A stretch of DNA of 64,000 bases from Halobacteriales archaeon QS_8_69_26 (GTDB lineage Archaea; Halobacteriota; Halobacteria; Halobacteriales; SW-7-71-33): assembly GCA_003023195.1 (NCBI GenBank), contig PXRX01000001.1, positions 768-64,767 on the forward strand, read 5' to 3'. Below, piece after piece: positions 25,102 to 32,672 of the stretch. Under the pieces are notes generated by a model. The model was not told the origin of the DNA. It saw only the letters and a program-made list of their open reading frames with translations, and made no database searches. The position numbers were made by a program, and so were the translations under genes. The stretch's first letter is position 1, and the number at the start of each line of letters is the position of its first letter.

Positions 25102-26890
25102 CGCCGACCACCGCCAGTGTCCCGAGGTTGTACGCGGCGTGGACGACCACGGCACAGACGAGTGCGACGGCGTAGGCCCGCGGTCCCCGGCGGGCACCGA
25201 ACGCGGATATCGTCGCGGTCGTCGCGTGCAACAGCAGGGGTGCCAGCAACAGTGCGGCGGCGGTCGGCCCGCCGACTGCGGCCTCCGGGACCACGGCCCC
25301 GCCGAGCGCGAGCGAAGGGAGGCCGACCACCTGGGCGACGATCATCCCCTTCTCGCCGAGGAAGAAGCCCACCCCCGAGAGAGAGCCGACGACGACCGCG
25401 ACCCGGTCGGTCCGGTCGAAGCGGGCGTGCTCGAAGCCCGCGTAGAGGTGGGCGCTCTTGGCCACCTCCTCGATGCCGGCGATGATCACGATGAGCACCG
25501 GCACCGATAGCTGGAGGGGGAGCGCGAACAGCAGTGCCACGGCGAGCAGTTCGGCGACGAACACGAACGGGATGGACAGCGCCGAGAGGAGCACGACGGA
25601 CCGCTTGCGGCGGATCCTGGCCGCCAGGGCGTCGAGCGCCTTCAGGCGAACCGACCGCTGGGTGAACATGTCTTCCTCGCGGTAGACGCCCGCTCCCAGC
25701 GCGAACAGCACCGTGGTCGCGAGGTAGAAGGGGCCGGTCGAGAAGGCGTACTCGCCCAGGGTGACCCCCGTGTTCTGGAGGTCCCGGACCACCAGGGTGA
25801 GCGGCGAGATGAGTGCGATGGGCGTTATTTCGGTGAAGATCGCCGGGACGAACGCGTAGGAGGTGAGGAACACCGAGATGGTCAGGGTCACGAAGGTGAG
25901 TTCCTTGAACGACCGGGCGAACATCGCCCCGACGAAGGTGGCCGCCAGGAACAGCGCGGCGATGGGAACGACCGCGGCCACCGACAGGGGACCGCCGCCG
26001 ATGAGGACCGCCGTTCCGACGCTGATGGCGAGCAGCGTCCCGAAGTACGGCAGGGTCTTGCCCGCGATGATGTCCCCACGACTCACCGGCGAGACCAGCA
26101 ACAGTTCCCCACGGCGGTTGATCCGCTCGTCCATTATCGTCGACCCGTAGGCCTGGATGACGAAGTTCATCGGGACGATGAACAGGAAGGCGAGCACGAG
26201 CGACCCGAACGGGAACGGGGGCTGGATCGACGAGGGGGTCCCCTCGCTTGCCTCGGCGTTCCCGCCGCCCAGGTTCGGGATCCCGAGCGGACCGCCGCCG
26301 CCCCCGCCGCCCCCGTCGCCGCCCCCGTTGCCGCCGCCACCACCGCCCCCATTGCCGCCGTCGCCGCCGCCACCGCCGCCGGTGCCCCCGCCGGGCACCT
26401 CCCGGACGGTCACCCGGGACCGGAACCGGACCGACACGTCGACGGGGAAGGCCGCGGCCGGGTCGCTGCCGCGCTCGGCCGCCGCCTGCATCGCCCGGTC
26501 GTTGTGGGCCTGGATCGACCGCCGGAACGCCGAGTAGGCCGCCCGTCCCTTCGGCGTGCTCCGGTGGACGACCAGGGTCCCCCGGACGAGTACGTCGACG
26601 CTCTCGGGCATCTCGCCGTCGGCCAGGGCGTCGTCCGGGACGTCGACCGCGACGAACTTCGGGTCGTCCTCGACGACGTTGTGGTACCGGCTTCGCTCGT
26701 CGACGCCGACCCGGTAGATACCCTCGTCGACGGTGACGCCGCCGCTCAGGACCGCGGGACCGACCAGCAACGCGAGCATCGCCCCGACCAGCGCCAGGAC
26801 GAGGGTTCGGCCCTTGACCTGCCCGGCCGTCTCGGTCAGTTCCCACCGGGCGATCCGGGCGACCTTCCGCGGGTCGATCCGGCCGATCAC
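25094..26890 (-). CDS. ABC-2 type permease fused to a C-terminal PrsW-like intramembrane protease domain, with a poly-Gly tract in the external loop
   Basis: 598 aa with a GTG start. The N-terminal part is ABC-2 permease-like (..MDERINRRGELLLVSPVSRGDIIAGK..). The last ~190 aa carry GIEEVAKS (EExxK), LLLHATT and VVHAAYN (HxxxN), as in PrsW/CPBP-type proteases. Confidence 0.75.
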   Translation of the reverse strand: MIGRIDPRKVARIARWELTETAGQVKGRTLVLALVGAMLALLVGPAVLSGGVTVDEGIYRVGVDERSRYHNVVEDDPKFVAVDVPDDALADGEMPESVDVLVRGTLVVHRSTPKGRAAYSAFRRSIQAHNDRAMQAAAERGSDPAAAFPVDVSVRFRSRVTVREVPGGGTGGGGGGDGGNGGGGGGGNGGGDGGGGGGGGPLGIPNLGGGNAEASEGTPSSIQPPFPFGSLVLAFLFIVPMNFVIQAYGSTIMDERINRRGELLLVSPVSRGDIIAGKTLPYFGTLLAISVGTAVLIGGGPLSVAAVVPIAALFLAATFVGAMFARSFKELTFVTLTISVFLTSYAFVPAIFTEITPIALISPLTLVVRDLQNTGVTLGEYAFSTGPFYLATTVLFALGAGVYREEDMFTQRSVRLKALDALAARIRRKRSVVLLSALSIPFVFVAELLAVALLFALPLQLSVPVLIVIIAGIEEVAKSAHLYAGFEHARFDRTDRVAVVVGSLSGVGFFLGEKGMIVAQVVGLPSLALGGAVVPEAAVGGPTAAALLLAPLLLHATTATISAFGARRGPRAYAVALVCAVVVHAAYNLGTLAVVGGV

Positions 26891-27023
26891 GCCCGGGTCC
26901 CCTCCAGTCGCTCCCGCGGTTCCCCTGGTTCTGCCCGATCCCGGCGGGCTCGTTCCGGTCCCTCCCTTTCCCCCTCCCGGTCGGGACGGGATCCCTCCAG
27001 CCCGGTGCGGGTCCCCCTACCCG

Positions 27024-27911
27024 TCACGTCTCCGCCTCCCCGGTCGGGGTTTCGTCCGCGATGTCGAGGAATATTTCCTCCAGGCTCGGCTCCTCGGTTC
27101 GGATGTCGGTGACTTCGCCGCCCCGGTCGGCCGCCAGTCCCCTGGTCTCCTCGACTGCGCCCATGTCGTCGACGACGCGCTTGTAGCGGCCGTTCTCGCG
27201 GACCGCCTCGGGAACGTCGACGGTGGTGTAGACGTGGTACTCGGTCGTCCCGTGGCGGTCGCGGATCTCTTCGAGGGTGCCCCGGGCGATGATCCGCCCG
27301 CGGTTCATGACGATGACCCGGTCGCAGATGGACTCGACGTGGTAGAGGTTGTGGGCGCTGAACACGACGGTCTTGCTCCGGTCGCTGAGTTCGCGGGTGA
27401 AGTCGATGATGTAGTTCGTCGTCAGCGGGTCCAGCCCCGAGGCGGGTTCGTCGAACACCAGCACGTCGGGGTCGTTGACCAGCGACCGGGCGATGGCGAC
27501 CTTCCGCTTCATCCCCTTGGACATGTCCCCGATCTTCCGCGACCGGTGGTCCAGGTCCAACCGGTCCAGGGCGTCGTCGATGCGGTCGGTGGCGACCGAC
27601 CGCGGCACGTCGTAGAGGTCGGCGAAAAAGGTCAGGTAGGAGGTGGCGGTCATCTCCTCGTAGAGCGGTGACTCCTCGGGGAGGAACCCGAGGTTGCGCC
27701 TGGTCTCGGGGTCGTCCGTCGCCCGGCCACCCACCCGGGCGGTGCCGCTCGTCGGTTCGACCAGGCCGGCGAGCATCTTCAGCGTCGTCGTCTTGCCGGC
27801 CCCGTTCGGGCCGACCACCCCGAACACCTCCCCCGGTTCCACCGTGAAGGTGCTCCCCTCGACGGCCACGAAGTCGCCGTACTCCTTCCGAAGGTCCTCG
27901 ACTTCGATCAT
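27024..27911 (-). CDS. ABC transporter ATP-binding protein (ABC-2/NatA type)
   Basis: 295 aa. Walker A GPNGAGKTT, signature MSKGMKRKV and Walker B VLVFDEPASGLD are present. It is the first gene of a three-gene minus-strand operon. Confidence 0.9.
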   Translation of the reverse strand: MIEVEDLRKEYGDFVAVEGSTFTVEPGEVFGVVGPNGAGKTTTLKMLAGLVEPTSGTARVGGRATDDPETRRNLGFLPEESPLYEEMTATSYLTFFADLYDVPRSVATDRIDDALDRLDLDHRSRKIGDMSKGMKRKVAIARSLVNDPDVLVFDEPASGLDPLTTNYIIDFTRELSDRSKTVVFSAHNLYHVESICDRVIVMNRGRIIARGTLEEIRDRHGTTEYHVYTTVDVPEAVRENGRYKRVVDDMGAVEETRGLAADRGGEVTDIRTEEPSLEEIFLDIADETPTGEAET

Positions 27912-27998
27912 CTGCTAATGCCTGTGGTTCCGTCGTAATTAAAATGCCTGCTGTGTTGAATAGCGATCTGATCGACCGATATCGCGGGTTAGATGGGT

Positions 27999-28047
27999 GA
28001 AGTCGAGGAAGTCGACTCTGTCCATGGAAGTCGATATCCTCGACTTC
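27999..28047. promoter_or_regulatory. Cluster of four GAAGTCGA boxes (three direct, one inverted) in a divergent intergenic region
   Basis: GAAGTCGA occurs at 27999, 28008 and 28027, and inverted at 28040-28047. The outer boxes form a perfect 11-bp inverted repeat, GAAGTCGAGGA/TCCTCGACTTC. The cluster lies between the ABC operon (minus strand) and the geranylgeranyl reductase gene (plus strand). Confidence 0.5.
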
Positions 28048-28250
28048 GTCGAGCGGTGTCGGCACCTATCTAAACGAGCGTTGGGGAAGCACGCGGGCGG
28101 TACCGCCCCAGGCCGCTTGCGGGTGGCCCGGACCGTTGTTCCCGTCCGGAGTCGTGACTGTGGTGAGGCCCCGAGCGATCGGCCGTCGCCCCGGCGCATC
28201 GGTCGGCCGGATCCGGCAACACTAATTAGGGCCGACTGATCCCTTCGGGC

Positions 28251-29486
28251 ATGGAGCGGTACGACGTCGTCGTCGCGGGTGCGGGGCCGGCCGGGGCCCA
28301 GTGTGCGCGGGACCTGGCGGCGCGGAACTACGACGTCCTCGTCCTGGAGACGGAGTCGGAGGAGGATTTCCCGGCCCGGAGCAACAAGTCGACCGGGGGC
28401 ACCTTCCCGTCGATGATGGCGTCGTTCAACGTTCCGGACGACGTGGTGATGAACTTCACCGACGAGGTCGTCCTGGAATCGCCCAACGACCACTACGCGA
28501 TGACCCAGCCGGGAGCCGTGCTGGAGTTCGCGGAGTTCAAGCAGTTCCTCGTCGACGACAGCCGGGAGAAGGGGGCCGAGTACCGGTTCGACGCCCGCGT
28601 CTCCGGGCCGGCCACGGAGGACGGGGACCTCGTCGGCGTCCAGTACAACGGTTCGGAGACTGCCTACGGCGACATCGTCGTCGACGCGACGGGGCCGAGC
28701 GCCCCCATCGCCAAGGCCCTGGGAGTCAGCGACCTGCAACGCGAGAAGCAGGCGATCGGCATCGAGTACGAACTGGAGGGGGTGGACGTAGACCCGCCGG
28801 GGTACGCCGACCTGACGGACGCGATGATGCTCCGCCTGGACCACTCCATCGCCCCGGGCGGCTACTCGTGGATATTCCACACGGGCGGTGACACGGCCAA
28901 GGTGGGGCTGTGTTACATCCAGAACGAGCGCCACCGCGAACACGCCGAGGAAGGGATGACCGTCGACGACTACCTCCAGCGGTGGATGGACTCGGACCCG
29001 CGCTTCGCCGACGCCGAGCGCATCGCGAGCAAGCAACACCGGGGGTCGGCCCACATCCAGCCCCCGGGGAGCCTGAGCACGGACAGTTTCATGGCCATCG
29101 GCGACACGGTCCCGACGATCGACCCCCTGTGGGGCGAGGGGATACACCAGGGCATGAAGTCGGGCCGGGCGGCCGCCGTGACGGCCGACGCGTGCTTCAC
29201 GCCCAGGACGAAGGAACCGGACACCTCCGCGGAGGCGATGTCGGTGTACGACGACCTCTGGCACGAGGAGGTCGCGCCGCAGATGGATTCACGGCTGCTG
29301 TTGACCGAACTGCTGTACCTGGCGTCGAACGACCGCTACGACACCCTGATGAAGGACCTGAAGCGGGCCGACCAGGCGACCCTCAGCGGTGCCAACAGCG
29401 GGAGCAAGCGCGCCCTCCTGAAGCTACTGCACCTCGGCGACCTGCCCGACCTCGTCAAACTGGGCAGGGAGCGACTGGCCGGCTGA
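28251..29486 (+). CDS. Geranylgeranyl reductase family FAD-dependent oxidoreductase
   Basis: 411 aa. It has the N-terminal dinucleotide fold YDVVVAGAGPAGAQCARDLA, the motifs ..DATGPS.. and ..GGYSWIF.., and the C-terminal GD.....PL.GEGI motif. Confidence 0.85.
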   Translation: MERYDVVVAGAGPAGAQCARDLAARNYDVLVLETESEEDFPARSNKSTGGTFPSMMASFNVPDDVVMNFTDEVVLESPNDHYAMTQPGAVLEFAEFKQFLVDDSREKGAEYRFDARVSGPATEDGDLVGVQYNGSETAYGDIVVDATGPSAPIAKALGVSDLQREKQAIGIEYELEGVDVDPPGYADLTDAMMLRLDHSIAPGGYSWIFHTGGDTAKVGLCYIQNERHREHAEEGMTVDDYLQRWMDSDPRFADAERIASKQHRGSAHIQPPGSLSTDSFMAIGDTVPTIDPLWGEGIHQGMKSGRAAAVTADACFTPRTKEPDTSAEAMSVYDDLWHEEVAPQMDSRLLLTELLYLASNDRYDTLMKDLKRADQATLSGANSGSKRALLKLLHLGDLPDLVKLGRERLAG

Positions 29487-29609
29487 CCGCCGCCCAGGAT
29501 CCGGGGGGAGAGGCGATGGATCGACCCGAGCGATCGCCCCATTTATGTCTTCCCGGCGTCGAATCCCGGCTGGCACGACGTCCGGCCTTCGCCGGGCGAC
29601 CCAGGAACC

Positions 29610-30305
29610 ATGTCAGAACTGCCCGACGAGTTCGACTGTACGATCACGAACTGGCAGTACATCTACGACCTCTGCCGCGGGGTCGCCGACGACGTGAAGG
29701 CCGACGAGTTCGAACCGGACGTGGTCGTCGCCCTGGCGCGTGGCGGGTGGTTCGCCGGCCGGTGTCTCTGTGACTTCCTCGGGCTGGACGACCTGACGAG
29801 CCTGAAGATGGAACACTACGTCGGGACCGCCCGGAAGTCCGGCGAACCCACCGTCCGCTACCCGATGCCCGAGGGCAGCGTCGAGGGCAAGGACGTGTTG
29901 ATCATCGACGACATCGCCGACACCGGCGGGTCGATCCGCCGGGCCGACGAGTACGTCAAAGAGCGGAACCCGGGCGAGGTCCGGACCGCGACCCTCCAGC
30001 TATTGCAGACCAGCGAGTTCGAACCCGACTACGTCGGCGAACACCTGGAGGAGTGGTCCTGGATCGTCTACCCCTGGAACTTCATCGAGGACATGGTCGA
30101 CCTGATCCCGGGCGTCATGGAACGGTCCGACCGGGAGACGTTCTCGAAGGAGGAGATCCGCCGGGCGCTGGCCCACCACCACGACGTCCAGCGCATCGAG
30201 ATGGAGATCGCCCAGCCAGGACGCCTGGACGAGGTCCTGTCCGAGGCCGAACGGCGCGGCGAGATCGAGTCGACCGGGGACGGCTACCGGCTCCCGGCGG
30301 AGTGA
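29610..30305 (+). CDS. Phosphoribosyltransferase (purine PRTase-like) with a C-terminal helical extension
   Basis: 231 aa with the PRPP-binding loop VLIIDDIADTGGS. The layout is typical of archaeal hpt/gpt-like proteins. The extra ~80 C-terminal residues may form a winged-helix domain. Confidence 0.8.
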   Translation: MSELPDEFDCTITNWQYIYDLCRGVADDVKADEFEPDVVVALARGGWFAGRCLCDFLGLDDLTSLKMEHYVGTARKSGEPTVRYPMPEGSVEGKDVLIIDDIADTGGSIRRADEYVKERNPGEVRTATLQLLQTSEFEPDYVGEHLEEWSWIVYPWNFIEDMVDLIPGVMERSDRETFSKEEIRRALAHHHDVQRIEMEIAQPGRLDEVLSEAERRGEIESTGDGYRLPAE

Positions 30306-30415
30306 CGAGACCGCCACTGCCGGTCCCCGCCCTTCTCCCGAGTGGTACCGATCCACGCGATCGTAATTATTAATAGTGATCGAAACGGTTCCACGAGTGA
30401 AGTTCAGGAACAATC

Positions 30416-30547
30416 ATGTACGAAGTCAACTGTGACAACTGCGGCCAGATCGGCTTTCACCCGTCCCGCGTGGGTGCCGAATCGTGGGCCGAACGCCACG
30501 TCGAGGACACCGGCCACGACTGCGACGTCGGGCCGATGGAGGCCTGA
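30416..30547 (+). CDS. 43-aa zinc-finger-like micro-protein
   Basis: Not in the ORF track. MYEVNCDNCGQIGFHPSRVGAESWAERHVEDTGHDCDVGPMEA has a CxxC...HxC arrangement. It is preceded by the AT-rich aattattaatagtgat, and third codon positions are G/C-rich. Confidence 0.5.
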   Translation: MYEVNCDNCGQIGFHPSRVGAESWAERHVEDTGHDCDVGPMEA

Positions 30548-30655
30548 CGGCCCCGGTTTCTCCGCCCCGCCCGGCGGTGGTCCCTCGCCCCGGGATGCGC
30601 GACCGGCAATGGGAGATCCCTGCGTCTTTAGTGGGCACCGGGCGAGGGGACGAGT

Positions 30656-31513
30656 ATGGCCATCGGCTTCATCGGCGGCAGCGGCATCTACGACGCCCTG
30701 CCCCTGGAGGGCGTCGAGGAACACGAGATAGACACCCCGTACGGCGAGCCCAGCGCCCCCGTCTCGGTCGGGGAACTCGCGGGCCGCGAGGTGGCGTTCG
30801 TCCCGCGACACGGCCGGAACCACCAGTACTCGCCCACCGAGGTCCCCTACCGGGCCAACGTCTACGCGCTCAAGGAACTGGGCGTCGAACGGGTCCTGTC
30901 GAGCAACGCGGTCGGGAGCCTCCGGGAGGACCTCCCGCCCCGGACCCTCGTGTTCCCCGACCAGGTCTTCGACCGCACCCGGCGTCGCCCCTACTCGTTC
31001 TTCGGCGACGGGGTCGTCGTCCACCAGGAGTTCGCCGAACCGTACTGCCCGCACGTGCGCGACCACCTCCACGAGTCGGCGCGGGCCGCCACCGACGCCG
31101 GCCTGGAGGACGGCGGCTGTTACGTCTGCATCGAGGGCCCGCAGTACGCCACCCGCGCGGAGTCGGAGTGGTACAAGTCCCAGGGCTGGGACGTCATCGG
31201 CATGACGACGATCCCGGAGGCCAAACTCGCCCGGGAGGCCGAGATGTGCTACGCCACCGTGACGGGGGTCACCGACTACGGCGTCTGGAAGGGCACGGCC
31301 GAGGACCGCCTCCAGGAGGTCCTGGAGAACGCCGCCGCCAACGAGGAGGCGATCAAGTCCCTGGTCGAACACGCCATCCGGGAGATGCCCGACGAACGGG
31401 ACTGCGACTGCGGGCACTCGCTGGCGGGGACGATCAACACCCCCGCCGACGCCATCCCCGAGGAGACCCGCGAACGGGTCGAGTTACTGCTCGGGGAGTA
31501 CCTGGACGACTAG
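30656..31513 (+). CDS. mtnP: S-methyl-5'-thioadenosine phosphorylase
   Basis: 285 aa. IGFIGGSG, ..FVPRHGRNH.., ..NVYALKELGVERVLSSNAVGSL.. and ..DVIGMTTIPEAKLAREAE.CYA.. are typical of MTAP/PNP-family enzymes. Confidence 0.9.
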   Translation: MAIGFIGGSGIYDALPLEGVEEHEIDTPYGEPSAPVSVGELAGREVAFVPRHGRNHQYSPTEVPYRANVYALKELGVERVLSSNAVGSLREDLPPRTLVFPDQVFDRTRRRPYSFFGDGVVVHQEFAEPYCPHVRDHLHESARAATDAGLEDGGCYVCIEGPQYATRAESEWYKSQGWDVIGMTTIPEAKLAREAEMCYATVTGVTDYGVWKGTAEDRLQEVLENAAANEEAIKSLVEHAIREMPDERDCDCGHSLAGTINTPADAIPEETRERVELLLGEYLDD

Positions 31514-31772
31514 CGGGGATCGAGTGCCCGTGGGGTAGTGGGTAGGGGGATCGAGACGGGCCGGAATCCGACCCGGGTCGTCGCCCGGCCTGGATCGCCG
31601 CCGAACGTCGGGCCAGTCGCCACGCCCTCCCCGGCCGACTCCCTCCCTCGCGATGCTCGGTCGGTCGTCCCTCGCGCGTTGCTCGCGCGCCTGACGGACG
31701 TTCGGGCCGGGTGGATCGTGCGGTACCGTCCGGAGAACGGGGTTCTTCCCGAGAAGCGGGGTCCGTTTGGCG

Positions 31773-32672
31773 TCAGTCCGCGACGCCCTTCGACTCCGCG
31801 CCCGTGGCGCCCGGGTCGCGGATCCACAGGTCCCCGAAGAGGTCGTCCTGCTGGAGGCGGACGTGGCCGCGGTGGGAGAGGAAGAGGAGGCCGAGGTAGG
31901 TCTCGACGGTGGATCCGGCGGCCTCCCGTATCTCGGCGAACAGCACCTCCTCGCGCCCGGCCTCGTAGTGGCGGCGGAGTTCGGCGTGGACCTCGGCGAC
32001 CAGGGCCTCGACGTCCTCGGTGTGGGTGTTGGCGGTCACCTCCGCCTCGGTCGGTTCCTCGTCGGCGCGGAGGCCGTCGTTCGCCCGGTAGTCCAGCGTC
32101 TGGGTGCCCCGCCGGTAGCCCCCGCCGGTGGTGTCGTACTCCCGGGAGTCCTTCCAGCGGGCCTCGCGCTCGGCCTCCCGGAGTTCCCGGACGAGTTCGT
32201 CCAGCGTCTCGGGCGTGCCCCGGGCGCGCTTGCGGTCGAGGCGGCGCTCCAGTTCGCCTTCCAGCCCCTCGATGGGGTCGAACCCCTCGGGCGGAGCCTC
32301 GGCCCCGGGACCGAAGCCGGGCTCTTCCCAGGGGTCGGGTTCGGGTTCCTCGTCGTCCTCGGACAGCAGTTCGTCGCCCTTCATCCGCAGGAGGACGCTC
32401 GCGTAGAACAGCGCCCGGCCCGACCCCCGCAGGTCGGCCTCGTCCAGGCGCGCCAGGAACTCGTCGGTGACGGTCACGATGTCGATGTCCCAGGGGTCTA
32501 TCTCGCCGTCCTTCGCCAGCCCCACCAGGACCTCGACGGGTTCGACCTCCGCCTCGTCGGTCGTCTCCTCGCCGGCCCCGTCCTCGCCGTCCGCCATCTC
32601 TCCCGGGAGCCCCACGTCCGCCTCGCGGTCGTCCGGGTCGTCACCGAGGCCGGGGATCGACGGGTCAGTCAT
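31773..32672 (-). CDS. scpA: Segregation and condensation protein A (kleisin)
   Basis: 299 aa with ..GEIDPWDIDIVTVTDEFLARL..LR.SGRALFYASVLLRMK.. The start overlaps the smc stop by 8 nt. Confidence 0.85.
   Translation of the reverse strand: MTDPSIPGLGDDPDDREADVGLPGEMADGEDGAGEETTDEAEVEPVEVLVGLAKDGEIDPWDIDIVTVTDEFLARLDEADLRGSGRALFYASVLLRMKGDELLSEDDEEPEPDPWEEPGFGPGAEAPPEGFDPIEGLEGELERRLDRKRARGTPETLDELVRELREAEREARWKDSREYDTTGGGYRRGTQTLDYRANDGLRADEEPTEAEVTANTHTEDVEALVAEVHAELRRHYEAGREEVLFAEIREAAGSTVETYLGLLFLSHRGHVRLQQDDLFGDLWIRDPGATGAESKGVAD

Noticed and set aside
26261-26392. GGC/GCC-rich repetitive DNA considered as a microsatellite or CRISPR-like repeat
   Set aside because: It lies in frame inside a well-supported CDS and encodes a poly-Gly linker. 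It has no repeat-spacer structure.
24897-26846. 649-aa minus-strand ORF in an alternative frame of the permease genes
   Set aside because: It is Arg/Gly/Pro-rich and basic. The other minus-strand frame gives coherent ABC-2/PrsW membrane proteins.
27997-28239. 80-aa plus-strand ORF in the intergenic region upstream of the geranylgeranyl reductase gene
   Set aside because: The product is basic and Arg-rich, and the ORF overlaps the repeat/operator cluster and promoter-like DNA. It shows no coding-type codon bias.
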